A DNA stretch of 64,000 bases from Verrucomicrobiota bacterium (GTDB lineage: Bacteria; Verrucomicrobiota; Verrucomicrobiia; Limisphaerales; UBA9464): contig VHCG01000009.1 of the NCBI GenBank assembly GCA_016871805.1, positions 6,545 to 70,544 on the forward strand, read 5' to 3'. Positions 9,392 to 19,025 of the stretch are shown one piece after another (within the stretch, counting starts at the first letter, position 1; each line of letters begins with the position of its first letter). Below the pieces are notes generated by a model, which saw only the letters and a list, made by a program, of their open reading frames with translations, did no database searches and was not told where the DNA came from. Position numbers and translations under genes: made by a program.

Positions 9392-10576
9392 TCAGGGCAT
9401 GAACGTGTCGACGAACAGGAACTTGCCGTCCTTGACCGTCATGATCACCGCACCCTTTGTCGCGTTGCGCTGGGCATCGAGGGTGGTCTTGCCGGTGACA
9501 CCCGCGAAGTCCTTGGTGGCAGCCAGCGCTTCCTTGAGTTTTGCGGGGTCGGTGGATCCGGCGCGGCGGATGGCGTCGACGAGGACCTTGGCGGAGTCGT
9601 AGCCCAGCGCGGCCATGGCGTCGGGGATGGCGCCGTTGTATCGGGCCTGGAACGCCTTGGTGAAGGCGTTGCTCTCCGGGCTCGAGACCTGGGGTGAGTA
9701 GTGGGTCGAGTAGAAGGTGTTCTCGAGAGCGGGTCCCGCGATTTCGATGAGCTGCGGAGCCTCCCATCCATCACCGCCGAAGATGGGGATCGTGAGCCCG
9801 AGCTGGCGGGCCTGGGCGACGATCAAGCCGGCCTCCGTGTAGTATCCCGGGACGAAGATCGCATCCGGTTCGGTGGCCTTGATGGCGGTGAGTGCGGCCC
9901 GGAAGTCCTTGTCCTTGGTCTGGTATTTCTGTTCCGCGGTGAGGGTCCCGCCGGCGGCGAGAAACGGCTTGGTGAAGAACTCGGCGAGGCCGACGGAGTA
10001 GGGAGCGGAGACGTCCGAGAGCACTGCGACCTTCCTCGCCCTCAGCGTGCGTTGGGCGAACTTGGCCAGCAGTTCGCCCTGGAACTTGTCGATGAAGCAG
10101 ACACGGAAGATGAAGTCGCCGATTTCCGTCACCTTGGGATTGGTGGAGGACGGGGAGACCATCGGGATGCCCGCGGCCTGGCAGACGTAGGCGGCCTCGA
10201 TGGATCGGCCGGAGGCGACCTCGCCGAGGAGGGCGACGACCCGGTCGCGGCTGATGAGCTTCTTGGCGATGGTGGCCGACTCGCCCTGTTTGGACTGGTT
10301 GTCCTCGGTGATGAGCTCGATCTGGCGGCCCAGCACACCGCCTGCCTTGTTGATCTCCTCGATGGCGAGCTGGGTGCCCTGGTGGGAGCTTTGTCCGAAG
10401 GCGGCTTCGCTGCCGGCCAGCGAGGCGAACTCTCCGATCCGGATCGGTCCGGAGGTTGTGTTGGCTCCGGTCGACGCCGGACCCGTCTCCGAGGGCTTGC
10501 AGCCGCAGAGCAGGGCCGCGACGACTAGGGTGGCGTGGAGGAAGAGGCGGCGAGGGCCGGGATGGATAGACTTCAT
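9392..10576 (-). CDS. ABC-transporter periplasmic substrate-binding lipoprotein, branched-chain amino acid (LivJ/LivK) family
   Basis: Lipoprotein signal ...LVVAALLCGCK. The family-1 PBP pattern is IRIGEFASLAGSEAAFGQSSHQGTQLAIEEINKAGGVLGRQIELITEDNQSK. No permease or ATPase genes are adjacent. Confidence 0.85.
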   Translation of the reverse strand: MKSIHPGPRRLFLHATLVVAALLCGCKPSETGPASTGANTTSGPIRIGEFASLAGSEAAFGQSSHQGTQLAIEEINKAGGVLGRQIELITEDNQSKQGESATIAKKLISRDRVVALLGEVASGRSIEAAYVCQAAGIPMVSPSSTNPKVTEIGDFIFRVCFIDKFQGELLAKFAQRTLRARKVAVLSDVSAPYSVGLAEFFTKPFLAAGGTLTAEQKYQTKDKDFRAALTAIKATEPDAIFVPGYYTEAGLIVAQARQLGLTIPIFGGDGWEAPQLIEIAGPALENTFYSTHYSPQVSSPESNAFTKAFQARYNGAIPDAMAALGYDSAKVLVDAIRRAGSTDPAKLKEALAATKDFAGVTGKTTLDAQRNATKGAVIMTVKDGKFLFVDTFMP

Positions 10577-10607
10577 GGATGACGAAATGCGTTGGAAATT
10601 CGCTGCT

Positions 10608-10617
10608 GAACCGGTTC
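10608..10617. promoter_or_regulatory. 10-bp perfect palindrome GAACCGGTTC upstream of the LivJ-like gene (possible operator)
   Basis: Seen directly in the sequence, 32-41 nt upstream of the ATG at 10576. There is no further support. Confidence 0.15.
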
Positions 10618-10738
10618 AACCGTTGGCCAAACCGCCAGCTTCCCAAGCGAACCCAGTTTCGCCGGGGGTGTCGACCCTCGAGCCTTTGGCGTCGCAGGGT
10701 TTGTGCGTTCGCCACCGACACCAGTCGGGCAAGCCGGA

Positions 10739-11521
10739 TCAGTCCGTGACGACCTGGTAGAATGCGGCGTCGAGGGTCGGGGAAATCGGGTTGAACTCCA
10801 CGAATCCCTCGTCGTCGGTTGTCGTCTCGCCCATGTCGAACCACTGGCCGTCGAGGGTCGACTTGCCGCGGATGCGGACCTTGCTCTTGGGGGCTGCGAA
10901 CACGTAGAGGACGAACTTGTCCTTGTCCTTCACCATTCCAAGAGCCGGACCGGAGTGGTTCCGGAAGTCGATCGGCAGCCAACGGCTGCCGCGCTTCTCG
11001 TAGAGGACGTCCGCCGAATACCCAACGGTGGCCGTCCGGTTGGGAATGAACATCCCTGCGCGGTTGTTGCCCTGGGCCGAGGCGAACTCGAACGAATAGA
11101 AGAACCGTTGAGGGATGACGTTGTTCACCGGATCGAAAGCGAACGGGATGGTGACGGCACCGCCTCCCGACAGCAGGTCGATGGAGGTCAAGTAGAGGAG
11201 GCTGCCCGGGGTTCCTTCGGAGTTTCGATCGTACATCCGGAACAGGAGGCCTCCGGTCTCAGCGTAGTTGGAGTAGTAGGAGAACTGGATGCTGGCGACC
11301 GTGAGATCGGTTCCGCTGATCGTGACGTCATCGGCTACTTCGCGACGGGTGTAGTATGCGGAGAAGTCGCCGGCAGGGATGTTGTAGGCGACCGATGGCG
11401 GGGCGAGCGGGCTGGTGTAGACCGACACCGTCCCCATGATGTTGGCCTCCACGCTGCCGGGTGCGGCACAGAATGCCGTCGCCCCGGTCATCACCATTCC
11501 TGCGAATAACAACTCCTTCAT
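10739..11521 (-). CDS. Hypothetical secreted protein carrying the C-terminal F-Y-[RQ]-V module
   Basis: Signal-like N-terminus MKELLFAGMVMTGATAFCAAPGS. I recognise no family for it. The protein ends ...STLDGQWFDMGETTTDDEGFVEFNPISPTLDAAFYQVVTD. Coding is supported by length and a non-shadow composition. Confidence 0.6.
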   Translation of the reverse strand: MKELLFAGMVMTGATAFCAAPGSVEANIMGTVSVYTSPLAPPSVAYNIPAGDFSAYYTRREVADDVTISGTDLTVASIQFSYYSNYAETGGLLFRMYDRNSEGTPGSLLYLTSIDLLSGGGAVTIPFAFDPVNNVIPQRFFYSFEFASAQGNNRAGMFIPNRTATVGYSADVLYEKRGSRWLPIDFRNHSGPALGMVKDKDKFVLYVFAAPKSKVRIRGKSTLDGQWFDMGETTTDDEGFVEFNPISPTLDAAFYQVVTD

Positions 11522-11737
11522 GCACTCAGCGTACCTTCGAGAGTCACCATGGAAAGCGCTTTGTGCCTGGGGCGGCGGACAGCGTGACTTGGGAAGGGCG
11601 ATGCGATTTTGGGACCGCCCTTGGATCCAGATCCTTCAACGGCCCACCTCCACCTCATCACGGGATGCCGATTGGGGATTGCGTGGCTGGGCTGCCATGG
11701 AGTCTCATCCCGGGGCTCCGTCCGAGGACGGCCGTCC

Positions 11738-14293
11738 ATGAGTCCATCTTCAGGAAGCGCTTCACGTTTGATGCAATGGTGGGGGGTGTGGTGCCTCATC
11801 GCCGGCATGGTCTTCGGATGCCTCCCGGAGCGGGTCCTTGGGCAGGGTGACCCGGCCGCCGGACCCCAGATCGAGGAGATCCGGGTACGCTTTGTTGGAC
11901 CCGCGACCGTCAGCGAGGACCTGATCCGGAGCAACATCCGCAGCCGCGTTGGCGAACCGTTCAGCCAGAAGGCTGCGGACGACGACGTCACGACCCTCTT
12001 TTCCACGGGATATTTCTACAACATCCGGGTCTCCCAGCAGCGTGCCGACGGTGGCCGGGTCATCCTGGTCTACCTCGTCCAGAGCAAGCCGATCCTGACC
12101 GAGATCCGATACACCGGGAACAAGCGCTTCAGCCTCTCCCGTCTGCGACGCAAGACGACCTCAAAGGTGGGGCAGCCCCTCGATGAGCGGAAGTTGTTCG
12201 CCGATGCGCAGGAGATCCGGAAGGCCTACGAGAAGGCGGGCATGCAGAACACCACGGTCACCCCGATGCCCAGCATCAACGAGCAGCTGGGCCGCGGCAC
12301 CGTGACGTTCGAGATCAAGGAGGCACCGAAGGTCCGCATCGAGTCGGTGGACTTCGAGGGCAACAAGGCGTTCGCCTCCAAAAAGCTCCGTAAGGTGATC
12401 AAGACCCGTCGCCGGAACTGGCTGGGCTGGCTCACCGGCGCGGGCAAGTTCAAGGAGGACCAGTTCGAGGAGGATAAGGAGAAGCTCCGGACCTTCTACG
12501 CGGAGAATGGCTACGTGGATTTTGAGATCCAGCAGATCGAGTTGGAGTATCCAAGGACCAACCGGATGGAGATCGAGTTCACGGTCTCCGAGGGGATGCA
12601 GTTCCGCGTGGGGGCGGTCACTTTCGAAGGCAACAAGAAGTTCACCCAGGCGGAGATCGTGTCGAACATGCGCGATTCCACCGGTGTGATGACCCGACCT
12701 CGGCTGGCTCCCGGGGCGATCTTCCGTCCGGGTGACCTGGAGAAGGATCTCGAGGGCTACGAGAACTTCTACGGGGCCCAGGGGCACATCGACGCCAAGG
12801 TCACGGCCCAGAAGATCCCGAACGTCGAAACCCAGACAATCGATCTCAAGTATATGATCCAGGAGGGGGATCGATCCTTCATCAAGAAGATCGAGATCCG
12901 CGGCAACACGAAGACCAAGGACAAGGTGATCCGCCGGGAGTTGGCCGTGTCGCCGGGTGAGACGTTCGACATGGTGAGGGTCAAGATCAGCAAGAGCCGT
13001 CTCGAGCAGATGAACTACTTCGAGAAGGTGGATGCCAAGGATGCCTTCACCGATGCGCCCGGGGAGCGCAACCTGGTCGTGACGGTGGAGGAGAAGAACA
13101 CCGGCAACGTCGCATTCGGCGCGGGCTTCAGCTCGGTCGACCAGCTGGTGGGCTATGTCGAGGTCACGCAGGGCAACTTCGACCTCTTCAATCCCCCGAC
13201 CTTCACGGGTGGCGGCCAGAAGGCCCGGGCCCGCGCGCAGGTCGGCACCGCACGCCAGGACTACATTCTCGGGTTCACCGAGCCCTGGTTCCTCGGGCGT
13301 CGGCTCCGCCTAGACACCGAGCTCTACTACCGAAACCTCGCCTTTCTGTCCGACTACTACACCCAGACGGTGCTGGGTGGGAGCGTCGGCCTGACCAAGG
13401 CCCTGCCCTACAATTTTTCGCTCAACACCACGTACACCCTCCAGGATGTCAACATCATCCTGAACAACGGGTACATGAACGCCCTGGCCTCGGCAGGCCA
13501 GCAGGTGCAGTACGCGACGAACGGTGGCCAGGTCTCCATTGTTGGCACGAACACCATCGCCGGCCAGGCCCCGATCTTCCTTCAGCAGGCGGGCAAGACC
13601 CTAGTTTCAAGCCTCAACTGGACGCTGTCCCATGATACCCGGAATAACCTGATGCTTCCTACGAAGGGGCATCTGGTGCAGTTCGAACCCATGTTGGCGG
13701 GCGGTCCGTTGGGTGGCCAGGCCAGCTTCTACCAGCTGGAGATGAAGGCGGCCCAGTATTGGTCCCCGGCGAACTTCTTCTCCCCCGCCAGCGACATCTA
13801 CGAGACCCTGAAACAGCACATTCTGGAGGTGGTCGGCAATGTCGGCGTGGTGAACGCCTATGGATCCGGGGACCGTGGCAGGGAGGGGGTCACGCCGATC
13901 TTCAACCGGTACTACCTCGGTGGCATGTACTCGTTGCGCGGATTCCGGTTCCGTGAGGTCGGTCCGAAGCAGGATCTCACCGCCGAACCCTACGGCGGTG
14001 GCACCTTCTGGTATGGCTCGACCGAGTACAGCGTTCCGGTCATCCCCCGTGTCCGATTCGCTGCCTTCTTCGACATCGGCATGGTCTACCCCGACGCCTA
14101 CAGTTTCGAACCGGAACAATATTTGAACGGGACCACGACCGGACTCTATAACTCCAACTGGGGTGTGGGACTCCGTCTGAACCTGCCCATCGGTCCGCTT
14201 CGACTGGACTACGGCATCCCGATCGTCTCCGACCAGTACAACCGAAGCAGTGGCCAGTTCCAGTTCGGCGTTGGCTACACCCGCGATTTTTAA
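11738..14293 (+). CDS. bamA: Outer membrane protein assembly factor BamA (POTRA repeats plus Omp85 barrel)
   Basis: POTRA-like repeats include IRYTGNKRFS, VDFEGNKAFASKKL, VTFEGNKKFTQAEI and IEIRGNTKTKDKVIRRE. The barrel ends ...SGQFQFGVGYTRDF with a terminal aromatic residue. The start is placed at ATG 11738, ahead of a hydrophobic signal region, and ATG 11771 is an alternative. Confidence 0.9.
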   Translation: MSPSSGSASRLMQWWGVWCLIAGMVFGCLPERVLGQGDPAAGPQIEEIRVRFVGPATVSEDLIRSNIRSRVGEPFSQKAADDDVTTLFSTGYFYNIRVSQQRADGGRVILVYLVQSKPILTEIRYTGNKRFSLSRLRRKTTSKVGQPLDERKLFADAQEIRKAYEKAGMQNTTVTPMPSINEQLGRGTVTFEIKEAPKVRIESVDFEGNKAFASKKLRKVIKTRRRNWLGWLTGAGKFKEDQFEEDKEKLRTFYAENGYVDFEIQQIELEYPRTNRMEIEFTVSEGMQFRVGAVTFEGNKKFTQAEIVSNMRDSTGVMTRPRLAPGAIFRPGDLEKDLEGYENFYGAQGHIDAKVTAQKIPNVETQTIDLKYMIQEGDRSFIKKIEIRGNTKTKDKVIRRELAVSPGETFDMVRVKISKSRLEQMNYFEKVDAKDAFTDAPGERNLVVTVEEKNTGNVAFGAGFSSVDQLVGYVEVTQGNFDLFNPPTFTGGGQKARARAQVGTARQDYILGFTEPWFLGRRLRLDTELYYRNLAFLSDYYTQTVLGGSVGLTKALPYNFSLNTTYTLQDVNIILNNGYMNALASAGQQVQYATNGGQVSIVGTNTIAGQAPIFLQQAGKTLVSSLNWTLSHDTRNNLMLPTKGHLVQFEPMLAGGPLGGQASFYQLEMKAAQYWSPANFFSPASDIYETLKQHILEVVGNVGVVNAYGSGDRGREGVTPIFNRYYLGGMYSLRGFRFREVGPKQDLTAEPYGGGTFWYGSTEYSVPVIPRVRFAAFFDIGMVYPDAYSFEPEQYLNGTTTGLYNSNWGVGLRLNLPIGPLRLDYGIPIVSDQYNRSSGQFQFGVGYTRDF

Positions 14294-14326
14294 CACCTCC
14301 TAGAGCTGATTGTGAACACATCCTCA

Positions 14327-14959
14327 ATGAAATCCCTGATCACCTCCCTCCTCCTGCTGGCCAGTCTCGCGCTGGGCTCAACGGTGCAGGCCCAGACCAA
14401 GATCGCCGTGGTCGACCTCAAGAAGGTCTTCGACGGCTACTGGCGCACCAAACAGGCCGACGGCCAGCTGAAGGAACGCGCGGCCGACTTCGAGAAGGCG
14501 AGGAATGGACTCATCGAGGACTACAAGAAGGCCAACGAGGACCTCAAGAAGGCGAGCGAGGGCCTCAACGATCCGGCTGTCTCCGATGAGGAGCGGGATC
14601 GTCGCAAGAAGGATCTGGAGAAGAAGCTCCAGGACATCCGTGAGCAGGAGAACGGCATCCGCACGTTCGAGCAGAACATGCGACAGGCCCTCGGCGAGCA
14701 GCAGGGCCGGATGCGGGAAAGCGTCCTCAAAGACATCCGGGGCATCGTCGACGAGAAGGCGAAGGCGGGTGGCTATGCCCTCGTGTTCGATCTGGCGGCC
14801 ACCACCATCAACCAGACCCCGGTCATCATGTACAGCACGCTGGCAGGGACCGAGGCCGACATCACCGAGGGCGTCCTCAAGCAGCTGAACGCCAACGCAC
14901 CCCCGGATGCCGCCGCAAAGCCCGCGGATGCCGATTCCAAGAAGCCCGACTCTAAATAG
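14327..14959 (+). CDS. skp: OmpH/Skp family periplasmic chaperone
   Basis: Signal peptide MKSLITSLLLLASLALGSTVQAQ followed by IAVVDLKKVF. The body is charged and coiled-coil, and the gene sits immediately downstream of bamA, which is the classical bamA-skp order. Confidence 0.85.
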   Translation: MKSLITSLLLLASLALGSTVQAQTKIAVVDLKKVFDGYWRTKQADGQLKERAADFEKARNGLIEDYKKANEDLKKASEGLNDPAVSDEERDRRKKDLEKKLQDIREQENGIRTFEQNMRQALGEQQGRMRESVLKDIRGIVDEKAKAGGYALVFDLAATTINQTPVIMYSTLAGTEADITEGVLKQLNANAPPDAAAKPADADSKKPDSK

Positions 14960-14988
14960 GGTTCGAGCCTCCAGTTCTAGAAGGCGCC

Positions 14989-15018
14989 AGGGGCGCGGGT
15001 CTCACCCGCGCCCCTTTT
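14989..15018 (+). terminator. Rho-independent terminator of the bamA-skp unit
   Basis: GGGGCGCGGGT-CTC-ACCCGCGCCCC is a perfect 11-bp stem followed by TTTT. It lies 30 nt after the skp stop. Confidence 0.85.
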
Positions 15019-15141
15019 GCATTGTGGGCCGCCGATCCAGTCCAACGGGTGCCGGCTCCGACGACAGGATCTCCGTCGGTAGGATTCCCTGCTTCGCTTG
15101 GTCCCTCGTGTGGGTCTCTATACAGGTATTGCCTAGCGGGC

Positions 15142-15182
15142 TAAGGAGGTGAGAGATGCGGAACTGGCGGATCCGCCACTAG
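15142..15182 (+). promoter_or_regulatory. Mini-ORF (MRNWRIRH, 15156..15182) behind a near-perfect Shine-Dalgarno TAAGGAGGTGA; possible leader peptide
   Basis: The SD core GGAGG at 15145-15149 sits 6 nt before ATG 15156. The 8-codon ORF contains the 12-bp palindrome GGCGGATCCGCC (15167-15178). It lies about 250 nt upstream of the GT4/WecA-like operon. Confidence 0.25.
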
Positions 15183-15403
15183 GGAGAGGGTGGGATGGGT
15201 TGGTACCGTTCCGCCGGTCGTTTTTAGACGGCAGCGATGGTTTTTGTCTTTCCACGTTCTGGCACTCCGGCGTACCGCCGTGAGAGTTGCATTTCAGTCC
15301 CCCCCGTCCATGAGGAGTGCGGGGCTGGATCGAAGACGTTGGCGCCAGCTACTCGTGGTGGATCGGCTTCGGTGTTTCCGGGTCCCTCGCACTGGAGGGG
15401 GAC

Positions 15404-16561
15404 ATGAGAATCTTGGAACTCGGGAAGTTCTACCCACCCGAGAGGGGAGGGATCGAGACACTGCTGCGTCAGTTCTCAGAGGGTTTCGTGGAGCAGGGCG
15501 CCGAGGTCGATTGTGTCGTGGGACGGGGTCCGACCTTTGAGGGATCCATCTTCGACTCGGGCTCCTCCGTTCAACGAGGCGTCCGGGTCCATCGGGTCCG
15601 CACGTGCGGTGAGTTCTTCAGGACATCGCTGGCACCGGAATACCTCTGGGCCTCGAAACGGTGGCCCGCGGATGTCATCCATGCCCATTTCCCCAATCCG
15701 CTGTCGGACTTGGCCTGCCTCCTTGCCCCCCGTTCGACACCCATCGTGCTGAGCTGGCACAGCGACATCTGTGTCCGGCAGAAATACATGATCCGTCTGT
15801 ACTCCTCCATGCAGCGGGCTCTCCTGCGCCGGGTCGATCGTGTCGTGGTGGCCACACCCAACCATCTTGAGTTCTCGGATTGGCTCCCGGAGTTCCGCAA
15901 AAAGGTGGTCGTCATCCCGTTCGGTCTGGACTTGGAACGATTCCAGCTTACGGAAGGCCAGATGGGTAAGATTGCAGAACTGAGAAGGCTGGCAGGTGGG
16001 AGGTCGATCCTCCTGAATGTGGGTCGGCTTGTGGGGTACAAGGGGCAATGTCACGCCATCGAGGCTCTGCGCAATGTGGCAAAGGCCGAACTCTGGCTGG
16101 TGGGGTCGGGCCCCCTGGAGCCAGATCTCAGGAAGCTGGCTGCCGAAGTCGGGGTGGCGGACCGGGTCCGGTTCTTTGTCGACGTGAGCGATGCCGACCT
16201 TCCCCTGTATTTCAAGGCCTGTGACATCTTCGTCTTCCCCTCCACCACTGCGGCCGAGGGGTTCGGTCTGGTCCAGGTGGAGGCGATGGCCTGCGGTAAG
16301 CCGCTGGTCGCCAGCAACATCCGATCCGGGGTCACCTACGTCTGCTCAGACGGGGTAAACGGACTCGTGGTTCCCATCGGGGATCCTGCCGCCCTGGCGA
16401 CCGCGCTGAATCGTCTCCTGTCCACTCCCGAGTTGGCGCGACGGCTTGGTGAGGTGGGCCGTTCGCGTGCCTTCTCGGAATTCTCGAGCCCCGTGATGAT
16501 CCAGGGGTTCATGGATCTTTTCAGGTCACTGACACAGAAACCCGTACCGGCCTTCGCATGA
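15404..16561 (+). CDS. Glycosyltransferase family 4 (GT-B fold)
   Basis: ATG 15404 is preceded by GGAGG with a 5-nt spacer. The N-terminus MRILELGKFYPPERGGIE and the C-terminal E-X7-E region FVFPSTTAAEGFGLVQVEAMACGKPLVAS are typical of the family. Confidence 0.8.
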   Translation: MRILELGKFYPPERGGIETLLRQFSEGFVEQGAEVDCVVGRGPTFEGSIFDSGSSVQRGVRVHRVRTCGEFFRTSLAPEYLWASKRWPADVIHAHFPNPLSDLACLLAPRSTPIVLSWHSDICVRQKYMIRLYSSMQRALLRRVDRVVVATPNHLEFSDWLPEFRKKVVVIPFGLDLERFQLTEGQMGKIAELRRLAGGRSILLNVGRLVGYKGQCHAIEALRNVAKAELWLVGSGPLEPDLRKLAAEVGVADRVRFFVDVSDADLPLYFKACDIFVFPSTTAAEGFGLVQVEAMACGKPLVASNIRSGVTYVCSDGVNGLVVPIGDPAALATALNRLLSTPELARRLGEVGRSRAFSEFSSPVMIQGFMDLFRSLTQKPVPAFA

Positions 16562-17688
16562 GGTACAACACCTACCTCGGAATCCTGGTGGTTTCGGCGG
16601 TTACGGCGTTCTGGCTGACGCCGCTCGCCGGATGGCTCGCCTTCCGTGTGGGCGCGATCGACATCCCGAATGAGCGTAAGGTCCACCGGGGTGTCATGCC
16701 TCGACTCGGCGGGTTGGCGGTCTATCTGGCTTTCCTGTTGTCCCTGCTGGCCGTCCCATTCCTTCAGAACTCCATCGCCGCGGAATTCCGCCGGTTCGCC
16801 CAGCTGATGGTCCCACTGTTCCTCGGGTCCCTCGCCACCCTGCTTCTTGGCATCTATGACGACATCCGGGGCGCCAATGCCTCCAAAAAGTTCCTCGCGC
16901 AAATCGTGATCGCCTCGGGTCTTTGGATGGGTGGATTCCGGATCGACGCCATGATAGTGCCCTTCCTCGGCCCGATCGACCTCCATTACATTGGCCTACC
17001 GATCACCGTCCTGTGGATCGTTGGCGTCACAAATGCGGTCAACCTGCTCGATGGCCTCGATGGCCTCGTCGCCGGGGTGACTGCGTGCATGGCGTTGTCC
17101 CTCGCCGTCATCAACATCTTCTCGCAGAACGTACTCGTCTCGCTCCTCAACCTCGCGCTGGCTGGCGCCTGTCTCGGATTCCTGCCCCACAACCATTCCC
17201 CGGCACGGATCTTCCTCGGGGATTCGGGGTCACTGACCATCGGGATGATCCTGTCCTGTATCTCGATCATCTCCCTGTTCAATGGAGAGGAGGGTTCCAG
17301 AGGTGCCAGTTCCGTACTTACGGTTCCACTCCTCCTTTTCGCCCTCCCGCTCTTCGACACCGCCCAGGTGATGTACAACCGCTGGAGACGGAATGTCTCG
17401 ATCTTCCAGGCCGACAAGGGACATGTGCACCATCACCTCCTCGCCATGGGCTATGACCATCGGCAGGCCGCGCGGATTCTCTACAGCGTCGCGATCGTGA
17501 CCGGCATCCTCGCGATCGCCCTCTCCCTCATGGATCTTGGATCCCAGATCTTCCTCAGTATCCTCTTCCTGGTGATGGCAATCGGTTTCCTCCTGATCTG
17601 GCGTTCACGGCTGAGGGATGACGATGACGACACCGATTCACGCAAGAGTGGCGATTCGGAGATGACGTACCGCGATCCCGCCCTGTGA
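16558..17688 (+). CDS. Undecaprenyl-phosphate sugar-1-phosphate transferase (MraY/WecA polyprenyl-phosphate GlcNAc-1-P transferase family)
   Basis: Multi-pass membrane protein with YDDIRG, NAVNLLDGLDGL and FLGDSGS motifs. Its start overlaps the upstream GT4 stop (ATGA). Confidence 0.85.
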   Translation: MRYNTYLGILVVSAVTAFWLTPLAGWLAFRVGAIDIPNERKVHRGVMPRLGGLAVYLAFLLSLLAVPFLQNSIAAEFRRFAQLMVPLFLGSLATLLLGIYDDIRGANASKKFLAQIVIASGLWMGGFRIDAMIVPFLGPIDLHYIGLPITVLWIVGVTNAVNLLDGLDGLVAGVTACMALSLAVINIFSQNVLVSLLNLALAGACLGFLPHNHSPARIFLGDSGSLTIGMILSCISIISLFNGEEGSRGASSVLTVPLLLFALPLFDTAQVMYNRWRRNVSIFQADKGHVHHHLLAMGYDHRQAARILYSVAIVTGILAIALSLMDLGSQIFLSILFLVMAIGFLLIWRSRLRDDDDDTDSRKSGDSEMTYRDPAL

Positions 17689-17783
17689 TCGGGCGCCTGG
17701 TCATGGGTCGGCTTGGTGTCTTGGTTTGAGGGCGGTTTTGGAGTAACCAATCCGGTGGTCCGGATTCCCGGAACCGGTCGAGC

Positions 17784-19025
17784 GTGAACGACTCCCTCTC
17801 AGCATCGCAGGAGCCCTCCAGTCTTAGATCATTGGAGTGCGTTCGGGATCGGTTTCTCGATGCGGTAGGGAGGCTTTCCGATGAGGAGGTGCGGCTGCCG
17901 CAGGGACTCGGCCGGTTTCTCGCGTCTGCGCCGGTCGCCGGTGTTTCGAACCCCATGCAGGATTCGGTGGCACTCGACGGCGTTGCAGTCAGGGCCGCGG
18001 ATGCGACGAAGCCAGGAACCAGGCTTCGAGTGGTGGGGCGGGGTTTTCCCGGCCGACCCTTCGTCGGGTCGCTGGCATCCGGTCAAGCCGTCGTCGTGGC
18101 CACGGGTGCCCCATTGCCGGACGGGGCGGATGCCGTGGCTCCGGTGGAGGAGGTCGAGTCGTCCCCGACGGAACCCGCAATGACCCGTCTTCTGAATCCG
18201 GTGCGGCCGTGGCAGTTCGTTCGGTTTCGCGGCGAAGATTTTGCCGAAGGCCAGGTTCTCCTGGGGGCGGGTCACCGCATCGGTCCAGGGTGTGTGGCGT
18301 TGCTCGCCACCGCCGGCATTCAATCCGTCAGGGTGGTCCGGCGTCCCAGGGTCGGAATCCTACCGACGGGCAGTGAGCTGGTCCCGATCGGACGTCCCCC
18401 AGGGCCAGGGCAGGTTGTCGATGGCAATTCACCGATGCTGGAGGGTCTGCTGACCACCCTCGGTGCCGAGGTTCGGCTCCTGCCCGGTGTGCCGGATGAT
18501 CCGGACCGGTTGGATGCGGCCCTCCGGGAAGCCCTCCCTTCGGTGGATCTGCTGATCACCACCGGTGGGGCTTCGGTCGGCGAGCCGGATCTGGTCCGCC
18601 CGGCCCTGCGACGAATTGGGGCCTCGGTCCACGAAGGCCCCATCGCCATGAAGCCGGGCAAGCCGTTCTTCTGGGCCCAGTCGGAGGGGCACCTCGTTGC
18701 CGGCCTGCCTGGCAATCCAGCCTCCGCCTGGGTGACAGCCCTTTTGCTGGTCGTGCCAGTCCTCCGGCGGTTTTCCGGTGTCGACGAGGTGTCCCTCCCA
18801 ACAGTCCAGGGAGTCCTCGCCGAGCCCTTGCACACGCCCGGGGGCCGACGCCAGTTCTTCCGGGTGATCATGGACCGGGACGGGAAGGTGCGTCTGGCTG
18901 GAACCCAGGCCTCCCACCACGTCCAGTCCCTTGCCGAGTCCAACGGACTGGTCGATCAGCCGGCAGGCCTCCACTGGCCGGAGGGCACACCCGTGCAGGT
19001 CATCCGTTGGAACCTGTTGGATTGA
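17784..19025 (+). CDS. moeA: Molybdopterin molybdenumtransferase MoeA
   Basis: Motifs are GILPTGSELV, ITTGGASVGEPDLV, MKPGKPFFWA and GLPGNPASAWV. The GTG start at 17784 is taken from the track, so the exact start is uncertain. Confidence 0.85.
   Translation: MNDSLSASQEPSSLRSLECVRDRFLDAVGRLSDEEVRLPQGLGRFLASAPVAGVSNPMQDSVALDGVAVRAADATKPGTRLRVVGRGFPGRPFVGSLASGQAVVVATGAPLPDGADAVAPVEEVESSPTEPAMTRLLNPVRPWQFVRFRGEDFAEGQVLLGAGHRIGPGCVALLATAGIQSVRVVRRPRVGILPTGSELVPIGRPPGPGQVVDGNSPMLEGLLTTLGAEVRLLPGVPDDPDRLDAALREALPSVDLLITTGGASVGEPDLVRPALRRIGASVHEGPIAMKPGKPFFWAQSEGHLVAGLPGNPASAWVTALLLVVPVLRRFSGVDEVSLPTVQGVLAEPLHTPGGRRQFFRVIMDRDGKVRLAGTQASHHVQSLAESNGLVDQPAGLHWPEGTPVQVIRWNLLD

Noticed and set aside
9771-10982. 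403-aa minus-strand ORF overlapping the LivJ-like gene and the 10739..11521 gene in other frames
   Set aside because: It is extremely Arg/Pro/Gly-rich (runs such as RRGRLRPIHRGRLRLPGRGHPDG). It also crosses an intergenic region and two better-supported genes.
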